Assembly: GCA_009103225.1 (NCBI GenBank)
Contig: RHPI01003642.1
Coordinates: forward strand, 262,040 to 326,039
Source: Chlorokybus atmophyticus
Taxonomy: Eukaryota > Plantae > Mesostigma and Chlorokybus algae
Reading direction: 5' to 3'
Length of the DNA: 64,000 nucleotides
The position numbers were made by a program, and so were the translations under genes. Within the stretch, counting starts at the first letter, position 1. Each line of letters begins with the position of its first letter. Positions 1 through 13,340 of this stretch are shown here, in pieces. A model generated the notes under the pieces. It ran no database searches. It saw nothing but the letters and a program-made list of their open reading frames with translations, and had not been told where the DNA came from.

Positions 1-593
1 TGGCGACGATGGGGGATTGGATGAAGACGCGTGTGACACACAGCTAGCCAAAACCCCTCCCTGCCCTCCCTCCAACCTGAGGCATGCATGGCCATGCATG
101 CTTGCAGGCAATATGCAGGGTGTCGAACAAATGCAGTGGCCCACTGTAATGCATACATGCAGCCTTCATGCATGCGCAAACTCCAACTGCAACGCGCGCA
201 TGCATGCATTGCTGTCGTTTGGCCGGTGGTCGGGTCAGTATAGGGCTTGTGGCCAAATCAGGGCTATGTATGTGATCTTAAGACCACAGTACAACGTTGA
301 CTCACAGCCACACCAGTCAGCAGCGACAATAAGCAGAGCAGTCGAAGAGCTAAGCCTATGCTGAATGCAAAGCACTGCAGCCTTACCACTCACAGCTGCG
401 GCGGTGGCGGAGAAGAAGCCCCCTTTTTCTGTGCCGGAGCAAGGGCCTGCTCTCCCACCCTCCCACCCTCAAGCGTAGACTCACCACACGTGTATGTAAG
501 GGCCAACCAACGTGACCAATGCAAGAAGGGAAAAGGGGCAAGGTCGACCAGCATGCGAGCATCGCTTCAGTTCCACACCTCAGGCTGTTTTCC

Positions 594-1058
<465 letters not shown>

Positions 1059-1594
1059 TTGCTGACAGCCGTCAAGGTGATGGTCATGATATCTCCTGAC
1101 TGAGCCCTGTCAATGCAATACACGGCATGGTGTGATGCGTAGTGTACCAGCGCGCTTTGTGCACGCGTCAGCACTGAGCGGCTTGGAGGCAAACAAGCCA
1201 TGACTGACGGTCACTTCACCTAACAGCACAGGCCAATGGAGAAGTGACCACCTAAATCAGCGCATAAAAACACACTAGAGTCTTACATATTGATGTGTTG
1301 TGTGTGGCACTTGGAAGCCATGTGCGCTCAGCATGAATAAGTTGCACTAAAAGCTGTGACTGCGAACTGCACATTCCATCTCGCAATGCCTTTGTACTAA
1401 TGCTGTACGATGACGACAAGCTAACCGTCGCGTTCTCTTAGCTATACACTGGCTGCACGTCAACAACATGCAGGCATCGTATGATTAAAATGACAGCACA
1501 GTACCATTGACACTTGTCGTGGGAAACAAACAGACAGCAGGGTACCATGAGCTGAGCAGACCTCACCCAACTGTGTAGTTACTAGCACCAGAAT

Positions 1595-3579
1595 TCAGCA
1601 GTTGTACGGCAACACATACTCTACTCTCCTGCGTATAACCTTCGATGTCAACTCATGCTGTATTCGTGTCTGGAGGTAATGCTTCACTGCGTGGTCAAAG
1701 TCATCATGAGACTTCAGCCACTCTTTGCTGAAGGATGGCACCTGCCACACAGCAACAACAAATGAGTTGCAGTGCAGCAAAGCAAAGTACACTCAAACTA
1801 TGATAAACTGCTCATGACAAGTTGCACGAACACGCATATGGTGTAACGGTCACCTCCATTGTGAGCAGTACAAGCGCATTCCACGCTGGGATTGATTTCC
1901 CCATGTGCGCGTATGAGCCTGTTTCACTCAGGGCAGGCACCAGTGCGTTAAGCTGCGCACAACACACATCCCATTGAGCACATTGAATCATGAACCCGTC
2001 TTGCATCGTGCAGCTGCTTACCACATCTGCTTGGATGCTGTCCAACGCCTCGACCACAATCACGCCATCCGGACACTTGTCCAAGAACTCTGCAAGGCGC
2101 AGCTGCAATTGCCCGCGTGACTCTTGTGAAGACACCGAACTGTTGGAGTAGTCGCCGCCGATTATGTGAAGCAAGCACCTTGTACTCACGCATTGGGAGA
2201 AGACAGCACTCACTGCCTGCAACCATGTTGTCTCTTCAGGCCTGCAAGCGAACACACAAGTGCAGTTGTAAGGTACAACGTGCAACTCACTTGTGCAGCT
2301 TTTTGGCTGTTGCCCTGCGTTCGGCCTGCCAGCAGTGCAACCAGTGCTTTTGTGGGTTGAGCGCGTGCACGCAATGCTTGCTTGTCCCCAGCTTTGGCGC
2401 GCACATCATCTATAAAGACTGCAGACCTGCAACCAGTATGACTGTTGTGCATAAGTCGTCACCACACATTGCTGCCCCTCTTTCTCCCTCCCCACAATAC
2501 ACTCACCCTCACGCACATTTCCAGCCATTCCTCTGTTTGTGGTAGGAAGCTGCTGAGTTCTGCTGCGCTCACGCTTCCATAACATGGTCGCTGCCTGGAT
2601 CCGCTCTTGTCTTGTGACAAGAGGGAAACCTGTCCGATCTACGCCAACAATGAACAATGTGTCGGCGGTGCGGTTGTGCAGCACAAATCAACATTGGCAC
2701 ACATACCCTCCAGTTTGGCACTCGTCCTTGGTTCAGGTACAGCATGGCGGCCACGAACAGTATAAGCAGTGGCAACAGGTAGCTGGCAACTGGGACGCTG
2801 CTGCCGCTCGCAGGGTTTGGCACTTCGCCCACGCTTGTGACTTGCGTCACCTCGACTCTGCTTGTCTGAATTACTCTGCGCTTGACCGTAGCATCTGCTG
2901 TCCCCTCAACGGTCGTCGCTGTTGTCACAGTAGTCGGCTTGGCAACCTGCATCGCGCTTGCGGCTTGTCAACATGATGAACTACACTAGCTGCCTGAACC
3001 ATCAACTGGATGAGTCAACTAGAAAGTGTTACTACAGCATGCACGAGCAGTCTTATACGAGTACGACACAGCTTGACATGGCACCCAACACCAGTGCCAA
3101 ACCTATGCTGTGAGTGTGCTGATAAATAGCTGTCACACAACTGCTGTGTGCGACTGCTGCTCATATAGCATGTCACTCCCAAGGATGCTGATAGCGCATG
3201 CCTTGACAATTTCACAATCTCTCACAGGCTTAACCGACGGGGGCTGCACGTGTTGATGGTATTCCTCCTCTTCCTCCTCCTCCTCGGCCGACTGCACCTG
3301 AGTGGCTGCTAGCACGACACGACCGACAGAGACACTGTGCTGGTCTTCATCGCTGTCTATAACGTACTCGGAGCTGCGCCCTGTGCCAGCAGGGCTGTCT
3401 TCACCACCACCACCACCACCACCACCATCACCACTACCAGCAACAGCCGTGTCCAGCACGTGCTGCTGCTGGACCCTGGACCCAGCAGTTGCCTGCCGCC
3501 GTCTCCTAGAGGATGGCGTCGCCGAGGGCGGAGCCGGAGACTCCTTCAGCTCCCTGCCTGACCTCGTTGACACCGGCAT
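1595..3579 (-). CDS. Multi-exon single-pass membrane protein with degenerate torsin/LAP1(TOR1AIP)-like AAA+ domain
   Basis: ATG 3579 (MPVSTRSGR...), acidic/low-complexity N-terminus, TM segment YLLPLLILFVAAMLYL. Downstream exons read PTKALVALLAGRTQGNSQ, RGQLQLRLAEFLDKCPDGVIVVEALDSI, LNALVPALSETGSYAHMGKSIPAWNALVLLTME and IRRRVEYVLPYNC*, resembling the torsin/LAP1 luminal fold by eye. Internal exon boundaries approximate. Confidence 0.55.
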
Positions 3580-3761
3580 GGCCGCAAACCACCTGACTCA
3601 GCTAGCAGCAGCCGGACACCGATGCGCGCAGCTACACCGCCGCCCAGGTGAAGTAACTGCAGTCTGCACGAGTTGTTAACGTCGCTTTAACTGAGTGGCT
3701 TAGCCAAGCAGCGTTAACTGAGGCACAGCTTGGCGGGAAAACTTTGACGGCGGCGGCGGGG

Positions 3762-5731
3762 ATGCGTGCTGGGTTGGTAGGCTTGGCTGCGGGTGGTTTG
3801 CTTGCTACATTGTGGAGCACACTTGACTTGGGGGAGCTCCTGCCGAAGTCTGCCATCCCAGAAGGCGACTGGCTGAAGCATCCGCAACCCTGGTCTTTTG
3901 GCCAGCCGGCGGGGGTCTTCCTGTGGAACGCCCTGACCGTGGTGGTCGTCGTGCTTGGGCTCCGTGCCGCCTACGACCTACTCACCAAACCTGTGCCAGC
4001 TGCGCCTCCTGTAGAGACCCGCCGCCAGCAGGATCAGGTGCGAGTGTTCGCAGCATAGCGTAGCGTGTTGGCCAGATATCGTCTTTGCATGAATGGCTGT
4101 GGCATTGAGCACTTTATTCAACAGGGATGGAAGCAGTACAGGCAGAAGCGGCCGAAGCAGTCAAAGGCACGAGCTTCTCGCTGATTGGGGTCAAAGACAA
4201 GCGGGTTGTCTTCTCATGCAGAGACGGCGGCGGCTTTTACGTGGATTGCATGGACCCGTCCTTCATCAATGTAGGCACGGATAGCCCAGGTGTGGCACTA
4301 TAGCATGCCGTTTGTGACAACATACACACAAGTTGCGTTGTGTGACCAATAACAGTGTGATCTCTAGGCGCTCTGCCCAAGGACTGGCTGGAGGCCACCG
4401 CTGAAGTAGCATTGGACTGCCAAGGCAATATCGGCCGCCTGCTTGCCAAAGCTGCTCGCTTGTACAGTAGAATGTCTGCCAAACAAGGTCGTTCCATGTC
4501 ACTAGACAACGCACCGCAGCTTATGGAGGATGCAATGGACCACGAGCAGGTTGTCATGCAAGTGCCTTGGTACTGACGTGCAAGCGTTGCTTTGTGCTGA
4601 TTGCGAAGGTTTGTTTGCCAGATGCGTCAACAGGCCACTCCATCCAGTAAGGCGCCATGTTTCTCAAATGACGTTCCTCTACCTTGCCGCACATCATCTG
4701 CGCTTGCTACGGCCACCTTGCAAAAGCAACTGGCACTTCTGGCAAAGATGGACACGCGCCGGGAAGGCTTCTTGGCAATGCCTTGTGACAGTGACCTGTA
4801 CACCTGGTATGGCATTGTCTCCATGTAACAAGCAGTTTCTTGCGAGTGTCACGTGCAGGCTGCCAGCAGTTAAGTATTGTTTGCCTGCAGGGACATCCAG
4901 CTGTTTGGTTTCGACGCTTCAGAGCCGCTTGCAAAGGACTTGAAAGCAGCGAAGCGGCACTCTGTAGAGGTAAGCAGTTGGTACATCAAGCTTTAGTTGC
5001 GAGGGAGATGTTCCAGTAAGCTAATGTTGGATTCCTTCGCCATTAGATGCGCGCTGTCTTTTCTGCTGGCTATCCAAATGAACCGCCCTTTTGTCGCGTG
5101 CTCCGACCGAGGTTCAAACCACATACAGGACACGTTGCAAAAGGTATGCAGGTTTGTCCATGCCTGCAATGTTGTTGTCTGCCGCGAGGTTCGCATGCAA
5201 CTCACAGCACAACTGACTGCCTTATGCAGGTGGAGCGTTGTGCCTGGAGCTACTCACACCAAGCGGCTGGACACCGGCCAACTCGATAGACGCCATTTGC
5301 ATTCAGGTACAGCTGTGCCACATGCTGTTGCATGATTTGGGGTGCTGCATGCGCAAATGGTTGCTTGGGTGGGTGCTGTGGGGAGTTCCTGTAGGTCGCA
5401 ATCTGATGTGGTGTTGGTCTTAGATCCGTGCGGCTCTTGCGGATGGGCGCGCTCGCCTGGATTTGAGAAACACCAAGGAGTACGATGAGCAGCATGCATG
5501 GAGGGGCTACCAGGATCTGATGAAAGGACATCGATGGTACTTGTGCATACTTGCGCATATATTTCCTGGTACCCAAGTGCACTGTGCGTAGCATGGTAGA
5601 GTCTCTCTATGTGCATCTGTTAGTTAAGTCAACAACAATGTCGCAGGGAGTCCCCTGGCGAGTCTCCGGAGGAAGGGAGGTGCAAGAGGCGTCGCCTAAG
5701 CGGGACAGCAATGTGTTTTGCTAAAAGATAG
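3762..5731 (+). CDS. UBE2Q: Ubiquitin-conjugating enzyme E2, UBE2Q-like, with hydrophobic N-terminus (multi-exon)
   Basis: Exons read FPAGYPNEPPFCRVLRPRFKPHTGHV, GGALCLELLTPSGWTPANSIDAICIQ and IRAALADGRARLDL, typical UBE2Q-family UBC signatures with the catalytic Cys. GT-AG introns. Inferred last exon ends at TAG 5729-5731. Confidence 0.85.
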
Positions 5732-5870
5732 CCCAGTCAAATCAATAAATGCATCAATAGTGGTGAGGTCACAACTGTTGTCACAAATTATCTGTCCTCC
5801 AGTCCATGTGACTTGTGGGGCTTTGTACAATTCAACGACCGGTTATTTACTTGGGGTTGGTTTAGAGAGC

Positions 5871-8800
5871 TTATTGCGTAACTATTTGAAGCTCCAGCCT
5901 GTGTGCTCGATGTCTTCCTGTTGTTCTGCTGGATATGGAAGGTGCTGCGCTCATGCATCGCGCTGCCAGACGCTCTCTCTCACTCCTTGGGAGCAGCATG
6001 CTTGTGCTGGTTGGTCTTCGCGCGAGGGTTTGCATATCAGGTGGTGCCGATGCCGCCCGTGTTGACAGCGTAGTTTTTTGCCTGCACAATCAATCAGCAT
6101 ACATCAGTCACAGGCTGGGTAAAGATTTTACATCACAGCAATAACTCGTGCATGTTGGTCGTGCAGTTAGTTGCAACTCACTTGGCTTGCTCTCTTCGCC
6201 AGTCCTTCTGGAGATACATGCGATAGCAGTCTTGGCAAATGGGTCGCTGCATTGGCAGTTGTGTTGACAAGGTGTATAGCTGGCTTCAACTGCTGCAATG
6301 CACTGCCAATGAGTCGTGCGTACCAGCTCGTAGACTAGTCGCCCAAGCTGGTCATGTGGCTGTTGCATCACCTGGGCAGTGATGAGCAGTAGTTGCAGCT
6401 GGCGCGAGACCAGCGAGAATTTACATCAGATGATGGTGTGCGTGACGTTACCGATGGTGGGCAGCGGTCTTGCGGGACATGACATGTTAGTTGGGCATTC
6501 CCACGCTTACCTTGCGCACTTGTATCGGCAGCTCTTGCTCATAGTTAAGGGAAGGCTGGCGTGACACCGCCATGGTTGCTGCCTCTGGGTATGATTTGCT
6601 CTGCAGCAACAACTGCTTACTCAGCTTACGGCTTCACATAGTCATTATCAATTGTGCAACTCACTTGTGCGGTTGTAAGCGCATGCACTCGTTAGGGTGC
6701 ATCGGTATCACAGACTCATACTATCCTCAAAGCCATGCGGTGTCACTCACCCATTGCATTCGCGCGATGTCAACGGCATCTGTGGAAGTCAACTGCAGCA
6801 GGAAAAGGATGCTAAGCACAAAACGTTAACAACAAACACAGACCGCCAGCGCACCACCATGCATCATCAACCTACCTGCACCCTGGTCATGCCACTCTTA
6901 ACAGCCTGCTCCATGAGCGTGTTGTCGCGCTCGTCAAACGCGTCAAGGCCGCCATTGGCATTCTTCACATACCTGCCCACAGATGCAAATTTACAACTGA
7001 CGCAACTGCACATATGGTGCTTATGATGGTAGAGGCTGATTGCGTGCACGCACCATTGCCCTTTCTGCTGCTTGCGCTCCAAAGCATCCAACACTAGCGA
7101 GCGCATCGTGATCACGTTGGCCGGCACGCCACATCCAGGCGCATGCGTGACTATCATCCCCACACAGATGTCAATCCAACGCATTATGCAGCACTCCGTC
7201 TAGGCCTTGACAACCAATGCCGTATTGTCCCAAATGTGATGTGGACAAAGTGCAACCGTACTTGTCTTCTGCAGGCGTTGCCTTGTGACAAAGCGCTGCC
7301 GCTCCAACAGAGTCATCATACTGAAGTTCACCTCCGTTAACAAATCATCGTAGGCGCCACTCACATCCTGCATGAAAAGGGCTCACTATGGCTTCAGTCG
7401 ACACTGAATGACAACAACAACAACAACAACAACAACAACAGCAATGACCACAACAGCTAAGCACCTCTTTGGTCGAGTTACCCAACCGCACTCTGCAGTA
7501 CTGTCCCCAACACCTCTTCCCCCTGTCCGTGAGGCTGTCACCTTCCCCTAATGCCTTTATGCGAGGAGCCAACATCGCCTTCTCACCCAACCTAAACCCC
7601 TTAACCTGGATCAGAGATAACCACAGTAAGAACCTCATGTGTGTCTTCGTGCGTGCATGTGTCTCTGTGCACAACCACTTGCTTGTATGAAGTAGCAGCG
7701 TCCGTCTTCCCCACGCACAAAGTCCGCCACGAGTTCCGCGAAAACACGCCTCAAGTTGCGTGACGCATGCTGCGCGATCGCGGCTGTCGCCATGACCGCC
7801 TCTTTGGTCCACGGCGCACTCGTCGCCTGGACACAATGCGGACACATCTCATGTCGTGTCGGGCAATTGCGGACGTTTAGTAACATCTCACTGCACTGTA
7901 CCAGCATTATTGTGGTGGCATGAGGTGCTTCCGTGGTGGTCAAGTACGCGTGCGCGTTGTTGGCGCGGGGCGTGGGCCAGCTGGCGTTCATGTTGTTGAT
8001 GGTGCTATGAAAGTTGGTGTTGGTGGTGGTGCTACTACTACCAGCTGGCATCGTGGCACGCCGCATGTCCAAACCCGGCACGGACTGCGAACCCTCCTTG
8101 CCTGTGATTGAGTGACATCAGATGCAACGCACATGCACACGCATGTTCTCTGTCTACACACACATACACACACACACATTGCTCTGACTGACATGCACGC
8201 CCCTTGCCTGAGCGCTTGCGTGTCAGGATGCGTTGCGTTGGTGAGGCAGGCGGTGACAACCTAGCGTTACCCCCTATCGACGTCGTGTCGATGAAGTTGC
8301 TCTGCGTTCGCGTGTTGGCGCCGCCGAAGAGGAGTGAAGCGTTGTGCTGGGCCACATTGGAGATGAGAAATACCTGGATGTGCGTGTGTGACTATGTGTA
8401 CACGGGCTCGTGTGTGTCGCATGCGCACGTACGCATGCACGTGTGTGTGCAGTTACGTGTTTGTGTGTGTGCCACATGCATGTTTGTAAGTGTGGGCGAA
8501 GAGAGTGTGCACAAGGAGATGGTGGTTTGAGTTTGAGAGGCGTGTGATGTACCTGTGGTGGTGTTCTGGAGTTTGCCTGCCACCGCACCCGCACGATGGC
8601 CGCGCGCGCTCCCCTCCCCCGCACGTACGCCTGCCCCATGCACCGCGCATGCGGAGGCGCATCCAACCACCGCTTCGCCTCCTCCACACTGCACAACACA
8701 AAGGGTGTTCACGCAATGTCAAACTCACACGCATCTCCACAACTCAACAACAACAACAACACTCACGTCTTAAGCACAGCGATCTCATTCTTGTTGCCAC

Positions 8801-9121
8801 CCGCAGGGTGCGGCCACTTGGCCACAGCAAACGGCTGCGGTAGCAGCTGCACTTGCACTTGTCCTCCTTGTTGCTGCTGCTGTTGTTGTTGTTGTTGTTG
8901 TTGCGCACGCGGGCTCGCGGGTGTCACATGTTCACAGTTGTTGGACTCGGCACGTCGTGCTGCTTGCGTCGGTCTCGCGCTGAGTGGCGGCGACGATCCC
9001 GGGGTTATAGTTAGAGGGGAGAAGGCGAAGGAAGAAGAGGAGGAGGAGGTGAGGTCGCGGACGGCCTCGTGGACGACGACGTGACCGCCGGGACTGGTGC
9101 TGTAGCGCTGGGAGGGAGAGA

Positions 9122-9152
<31 letters not shown>

Positions 9153-10076
9153 AGCGTGTGAGTGCACGTGTGTGTTCATGCGCGCGTATGTATATGTGGA
9201 TGCATGTGCTCACACGCACACACGCATGTTGGCACGCTACTTACACACACATTACTGTCCTCACCTGAACATCAAACCCGTCTATGACCACTGTTGGCGG
9301 CATCAGCAGCCTTAGCCGGCGCTGCGGTGAAGAGTTATTGTTGTTGCTCGTCGCGGTTGCGGCGTATGGACCCAGCAGTCGGAACACGTCCAGCGGGTGC
9401 GCTGGCGACGAGAAGCTGGTTTCCGTCCCGCCTCCTTCGCGTGACGTGGAAGGGGGGGAGACGGGAGAGCAGGAGAAGGACACACGCGCCACGTCGTCGT
9501 AGTAACTGCCGGACATGTGTGTTGGCGCGTGGACGTGTATGTGTGGGCATGTGCGTGTATCTGTGTGTGAGGTCGCGCGTACGCCAGCGCACGCGCGCGG
9601 GTGTGTATGTGTGCCATTGATCAAGTGACATCTGATGCGCACCGTTTGAGCGCGTACTGCTTTGCAGGGATGGCCGGGTGGCCTTTTTCAAGCGTCCAGA
9701 CGTCAAGGCGCCCCGTGTGCAGTTGGTTATTGTTGGTGTTGGTGTTGGTGGTGTTGGTGTTGGTGGTATTATTGTGGTTGCTGTTGCGGGACTCCGCTCG
9801 CAAGGCCATGGGCCCCGGCGTATGCGAGCGCTTGGCCAGCGGGGAAGCGGGACGGCTGTGTGAGTCAGCCATGGTGGCGTCACCATCAACGATAATGTGG
9901 TGGTTGTTGTCGTCGATGTCATCATCATAGTTGTCGCTGCTGGTGTCGTCGTCTGTTGCGTCTGAATCCGGTGGCGGCGGGGGCGATGCCGCCGCTGCTG
10001 CGCTCTTTTTCCTGCGCTGCGCCGATTGGTTGCGTAACCGATGCGCCGTGCGACGCCATTGCCTTGCTACAAACAA
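5871..10076 (-). CDS. Large multi-exon hypothetical protein, low-complexity N-terminus, possible ATP-grasp-like segment
   Basis: Chain of minus-strand coding-like blocks (9621-10076, 9241-9560, 8763-9110, 8274-8699, 8038-8355, 7635-7860, 7345-7600, 6867-7184, 5871-6089) separated by CA/TG-rich GT-AG introns. Includes a poly-Q tract and the motif ELVADFVRGEDGRCYFIQ|VKGF. Both ends uncertain. Confidence 0.5.
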
Positions 10077-10969
10077 GAAAAGAAGGGGTGAACTGGTTGC
10101 AACAAGCTTGGTAAGTTTATTGATAAATTCAAAGCGGCTGATAACGTGATGTCATGGTGGATGCATTACAAGCGTGGATCCACTCTCACTCACGTGATTC
10201 GCGCTGCAGTGGCGATGGCGTTGTTGACCTATCACTCCCCATTGAAACCAACTCACTCAAATCAGGTTGTGTCTCAAGACGAGCGTGAAATAATCAATAA
10301 TATCAAAAAAGAAAAAAAAAGTCGCATTATCTACCAACAATACTAGCAAGCAGATACGCAGGTCTGTATGCCTGTCCTGGCCTGGCCTCAAACTATCCCA
10401 ACAGCTGCTGATGTGGTGTTTTACGCGCGCTCTGTATGCTCACAGATGGCATGGCAGCCAGGGGAGCTTGTCTGAAGAGACGGGTTCATCCCCCTGGGAT
10501 GCACTTGGGATGTGTTGTGTGGTGCAACTTTCTTGTGATCCCAACCCGGGAATCCAACCCGCTCTCCGCAGCACAGCAGACTAGTCCTAGATCCCATCAG
10601 CTTGCTCCATGTGCCTCCTCCCAGCAAGCTGACGCACACAAACTGCACCCACACCCACAGCATCATCCGCTAAGCTTAGTCAGTGTAGTGTACGGCCGCC
10701 GCCGCCGCCGCCGCCGCTTGACCATCCTCATCCTCATTGTTATCATTGGAGATCAGGTGAGGTGGAATGGAAACCCTTCGTCACTGTGTTTGTGTGTGTG
10801 AGCATCACGTGACCGACGCCAAGTCCTGAACCAACTTGACCGATCTGGCCTTGAAATGGCTGTCTCGATCCGGAGCGTGGATCTCGGTCACGAGGTGAGT
10901 GACGCTGCGGCAACGGTCGTAACGCGGGCGGGCCAGCGTGACTCCAAAACGCCTTGCGGAAGCCAACCG

Positions 10970-10977
10970 AAACCCTA
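10970..10977 (+). promoter_or_regulatory. Telo-box (AAACCCTA) upstream of the zinc-knuckle gene
   Basis: Exact plant telo-box octamer. Further copies at 17419-17426, 40984-40991 (rc) and 51527-51534 (rc), mostly near predicted 5' ends. Confidence 0.45.
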
Positions 10978-11528
10978 GCTGAGGATATGCCTCAGGCGGG
11001 GACGGCGGCGGCGGCGGCGGCGGCGGCAAGGTCAGCGGCGAGGAAGCTGCTGGAGCGGCAGTACAGACTTTGGAACGGCAGGGCTGGTGCCATTGAAACG
11101 CTGCTTCCGGAAAAGAGAACTTTCCAAGGGTGAGTTTGTTGGAGGGTCGGTGATGGCATCCTGCGTAGGCGAAGGCAGCGTTGGCAGTTGAATTCGCCGC
11201 AGGTTGCTCGTTGACATCTTCTAACGGCTGGCATGTTATTGAAGGCTGTTCTAGCCTGAGACAAAGCCTTTGGCGTTGAGGTCATTGCAGAATCTATGCA
11301 AGGCCTACATATTGGTGCAAGCCTCCTCAGTCTCAGCTGTTTGGCTTTTTTTTGTCAGCTGCACGCGGCAACTGCACAGCTCAGCTCGTACTCCTGGCTT
11401 AGACACCGCAGATGACATTGGGCATACATTTACACTACTCCATACAGCTGCCAGCGCCGTTTTGCATGCAGCATCTCTGAAATCTGCGCTCTGCAGCTGC
11501 TAGTGTTGCGGGGGGGCGCTGAGCATCC

Positions 11529-13340
11529 ATGGCTGGAGTGTACCCGCCGTACAGGCGATCACCTCCAGGCGCTGAGTATGGAGGAGGGCGTTCAGCTGCT
11601 GCTCAACCATATCCAGAAGGCCGCTCCCGTTCGCGTTCTCCTCTTCGTGATCGGGGTTACAGCAGCCGAGGCGGAGGCGGAGGCGGCCATCATCAGCGTG
11701 CTGTCTCACCCAACAACGACCGCCGCAACATGAGCAACAGCATCCGTCCACGCGGTTCCGAATATGATGCAAGCAGAATGGGCGCAGGCGGGAGCTACAG
11801 CGGGAGGCAAAGGTATGATGGTGATCGCATGGACAGGCAGTATGGTGGTGGGCGCGATGGTGGGTTAGACAGAGACCACAGCCGCGGGTATGCGAGTGGG
11901 CAGAGGGGAGGGGGGACAGGGGATCATTATGATGAGTATGGGTATGCCTCGCGGGCAGCAGCAGCAGTGGCTGGAGGGGGTTATGCACGCATGTATGAGC
12001 CTGAGCGGGATGCTTATCACCGTTCAGACAGGCCCGATAGATCTGGCCCTGGTATGTATGACAGCTACGCAGCTAAACATTCAGACAGACCGGCGGACTA
12101 CTTTGGGCGGTCGAGAGATGGGCACTATGGTGAGGTCCCGGCTGTGCCTGGCCGCTATGGCGCCATGCCAAGCGAGCATCATCGCTCTGCTGATGGTTAC
12201 ACAGCGTCGCGAGGCCATGCAGGGAATGGCGCAGACGCATCGGTGTGCTTCTATTGTTCACGCCCAGGTCACTTTGCTCGCGAGTGCCCAGAAAAAATGG
12301 AGAGAGGAGGAGGTGGTGGTGGTGGTGGGCGCGCACCGTACTCTTCGCGTCCCAGAGATGGGCCGAGCGACCCGGACGCGGAACCCAAGTGCTACGAGTG
12401 CGGGCGCCGCGGGCACTTTGCTCGGGAGGTACAGGAAACTACTACTACTAACAGTGTGACAGAGGGTGTTTATAATAGAGCCGCTGCTGCTGCTGCTTGT
12501 GTGCTACTGGACAATTGTCATCAGCATCGACTGCCAAACCAGCTGCTGCCCTACTACAGCCACAACGTACCCTGTGCAGTGCCCTGATCGCCACCCAGGC
12601 AACGCCAGAGTGGACAAGTGCTACCAGTGCGGCAATGTGGGACACATTGCGCGAGAGTGCCCAACCGGGAGGTCGGCTCCCATGGACGTTGCCGCACCCA
12701 AGACAAGTTCCCGGTATAGCGACGTCCCACCTGCAAGAGACATCCCTCGCTTTGAAGATATACCTCCTAGAAGAGACAGCTCTCGATACGACGATCGCAC
12801 GCGCAGACGGGAGACTTTATTCAGCGATGCTCCTGGACGTGAAGCCAGTGTTGCCGTGATGGCGCCTCCTGCACCAGACTTTGCTGACGGCAGCGCCGGT
12901 CCATGCTTTGCTTGCGGCAAACCAGGACACTGGGCGCGTACTTGCCCAGAGAAGGATGCGCGTGGGCAGCAGTCTCGCTATCCTGCGCCAGCCAGACCCA
13001 TGTACAATGGTGACGGTGCAGCAGAGCGAGCGCCACGCAGCGACAAGTGTTACACCTGCGGCCAACCAGGCCATCTGGCACGCGAGGTAACAACTTGAGA
13101 GTATGACGTTGATTAGAAATTTGTTTGGCTGACTTGTTGCATGCACAGTGCCCAGACAGTGCTGGACGGGATCGCAGTGGTGCACGTGATCAAGCGGAGT
13201 ATGCCAGACCGCCCTCAGCTGGGCCCAAGCCGGATGTCAGGAGCAACCGTCTTGATGAGGATCTTGATAACTATTTTGGGGATCATCCTCGGCGCAAAAG
13301 AAGGCCAGAGGACGATGAGGTGATGGAAGGGCCCATGTAA
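11529..13340 (+). CDS. RS/RG-rich protein with five CX2CX4HX4C zinc knuckles (CNBP/GIS2-like RNA-binding protein)
   Basis: Knuckles CFYCSRPGHFAREC, CYECGRRGHFARE|C, CYQCGNVGHIAREC, CFACGKPGHWARTC and CYTCGQPGHLARE|C. Introns 12429-12579 and 13087-13148. Stop TAA 13338-13340. Confidence 0.85.
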
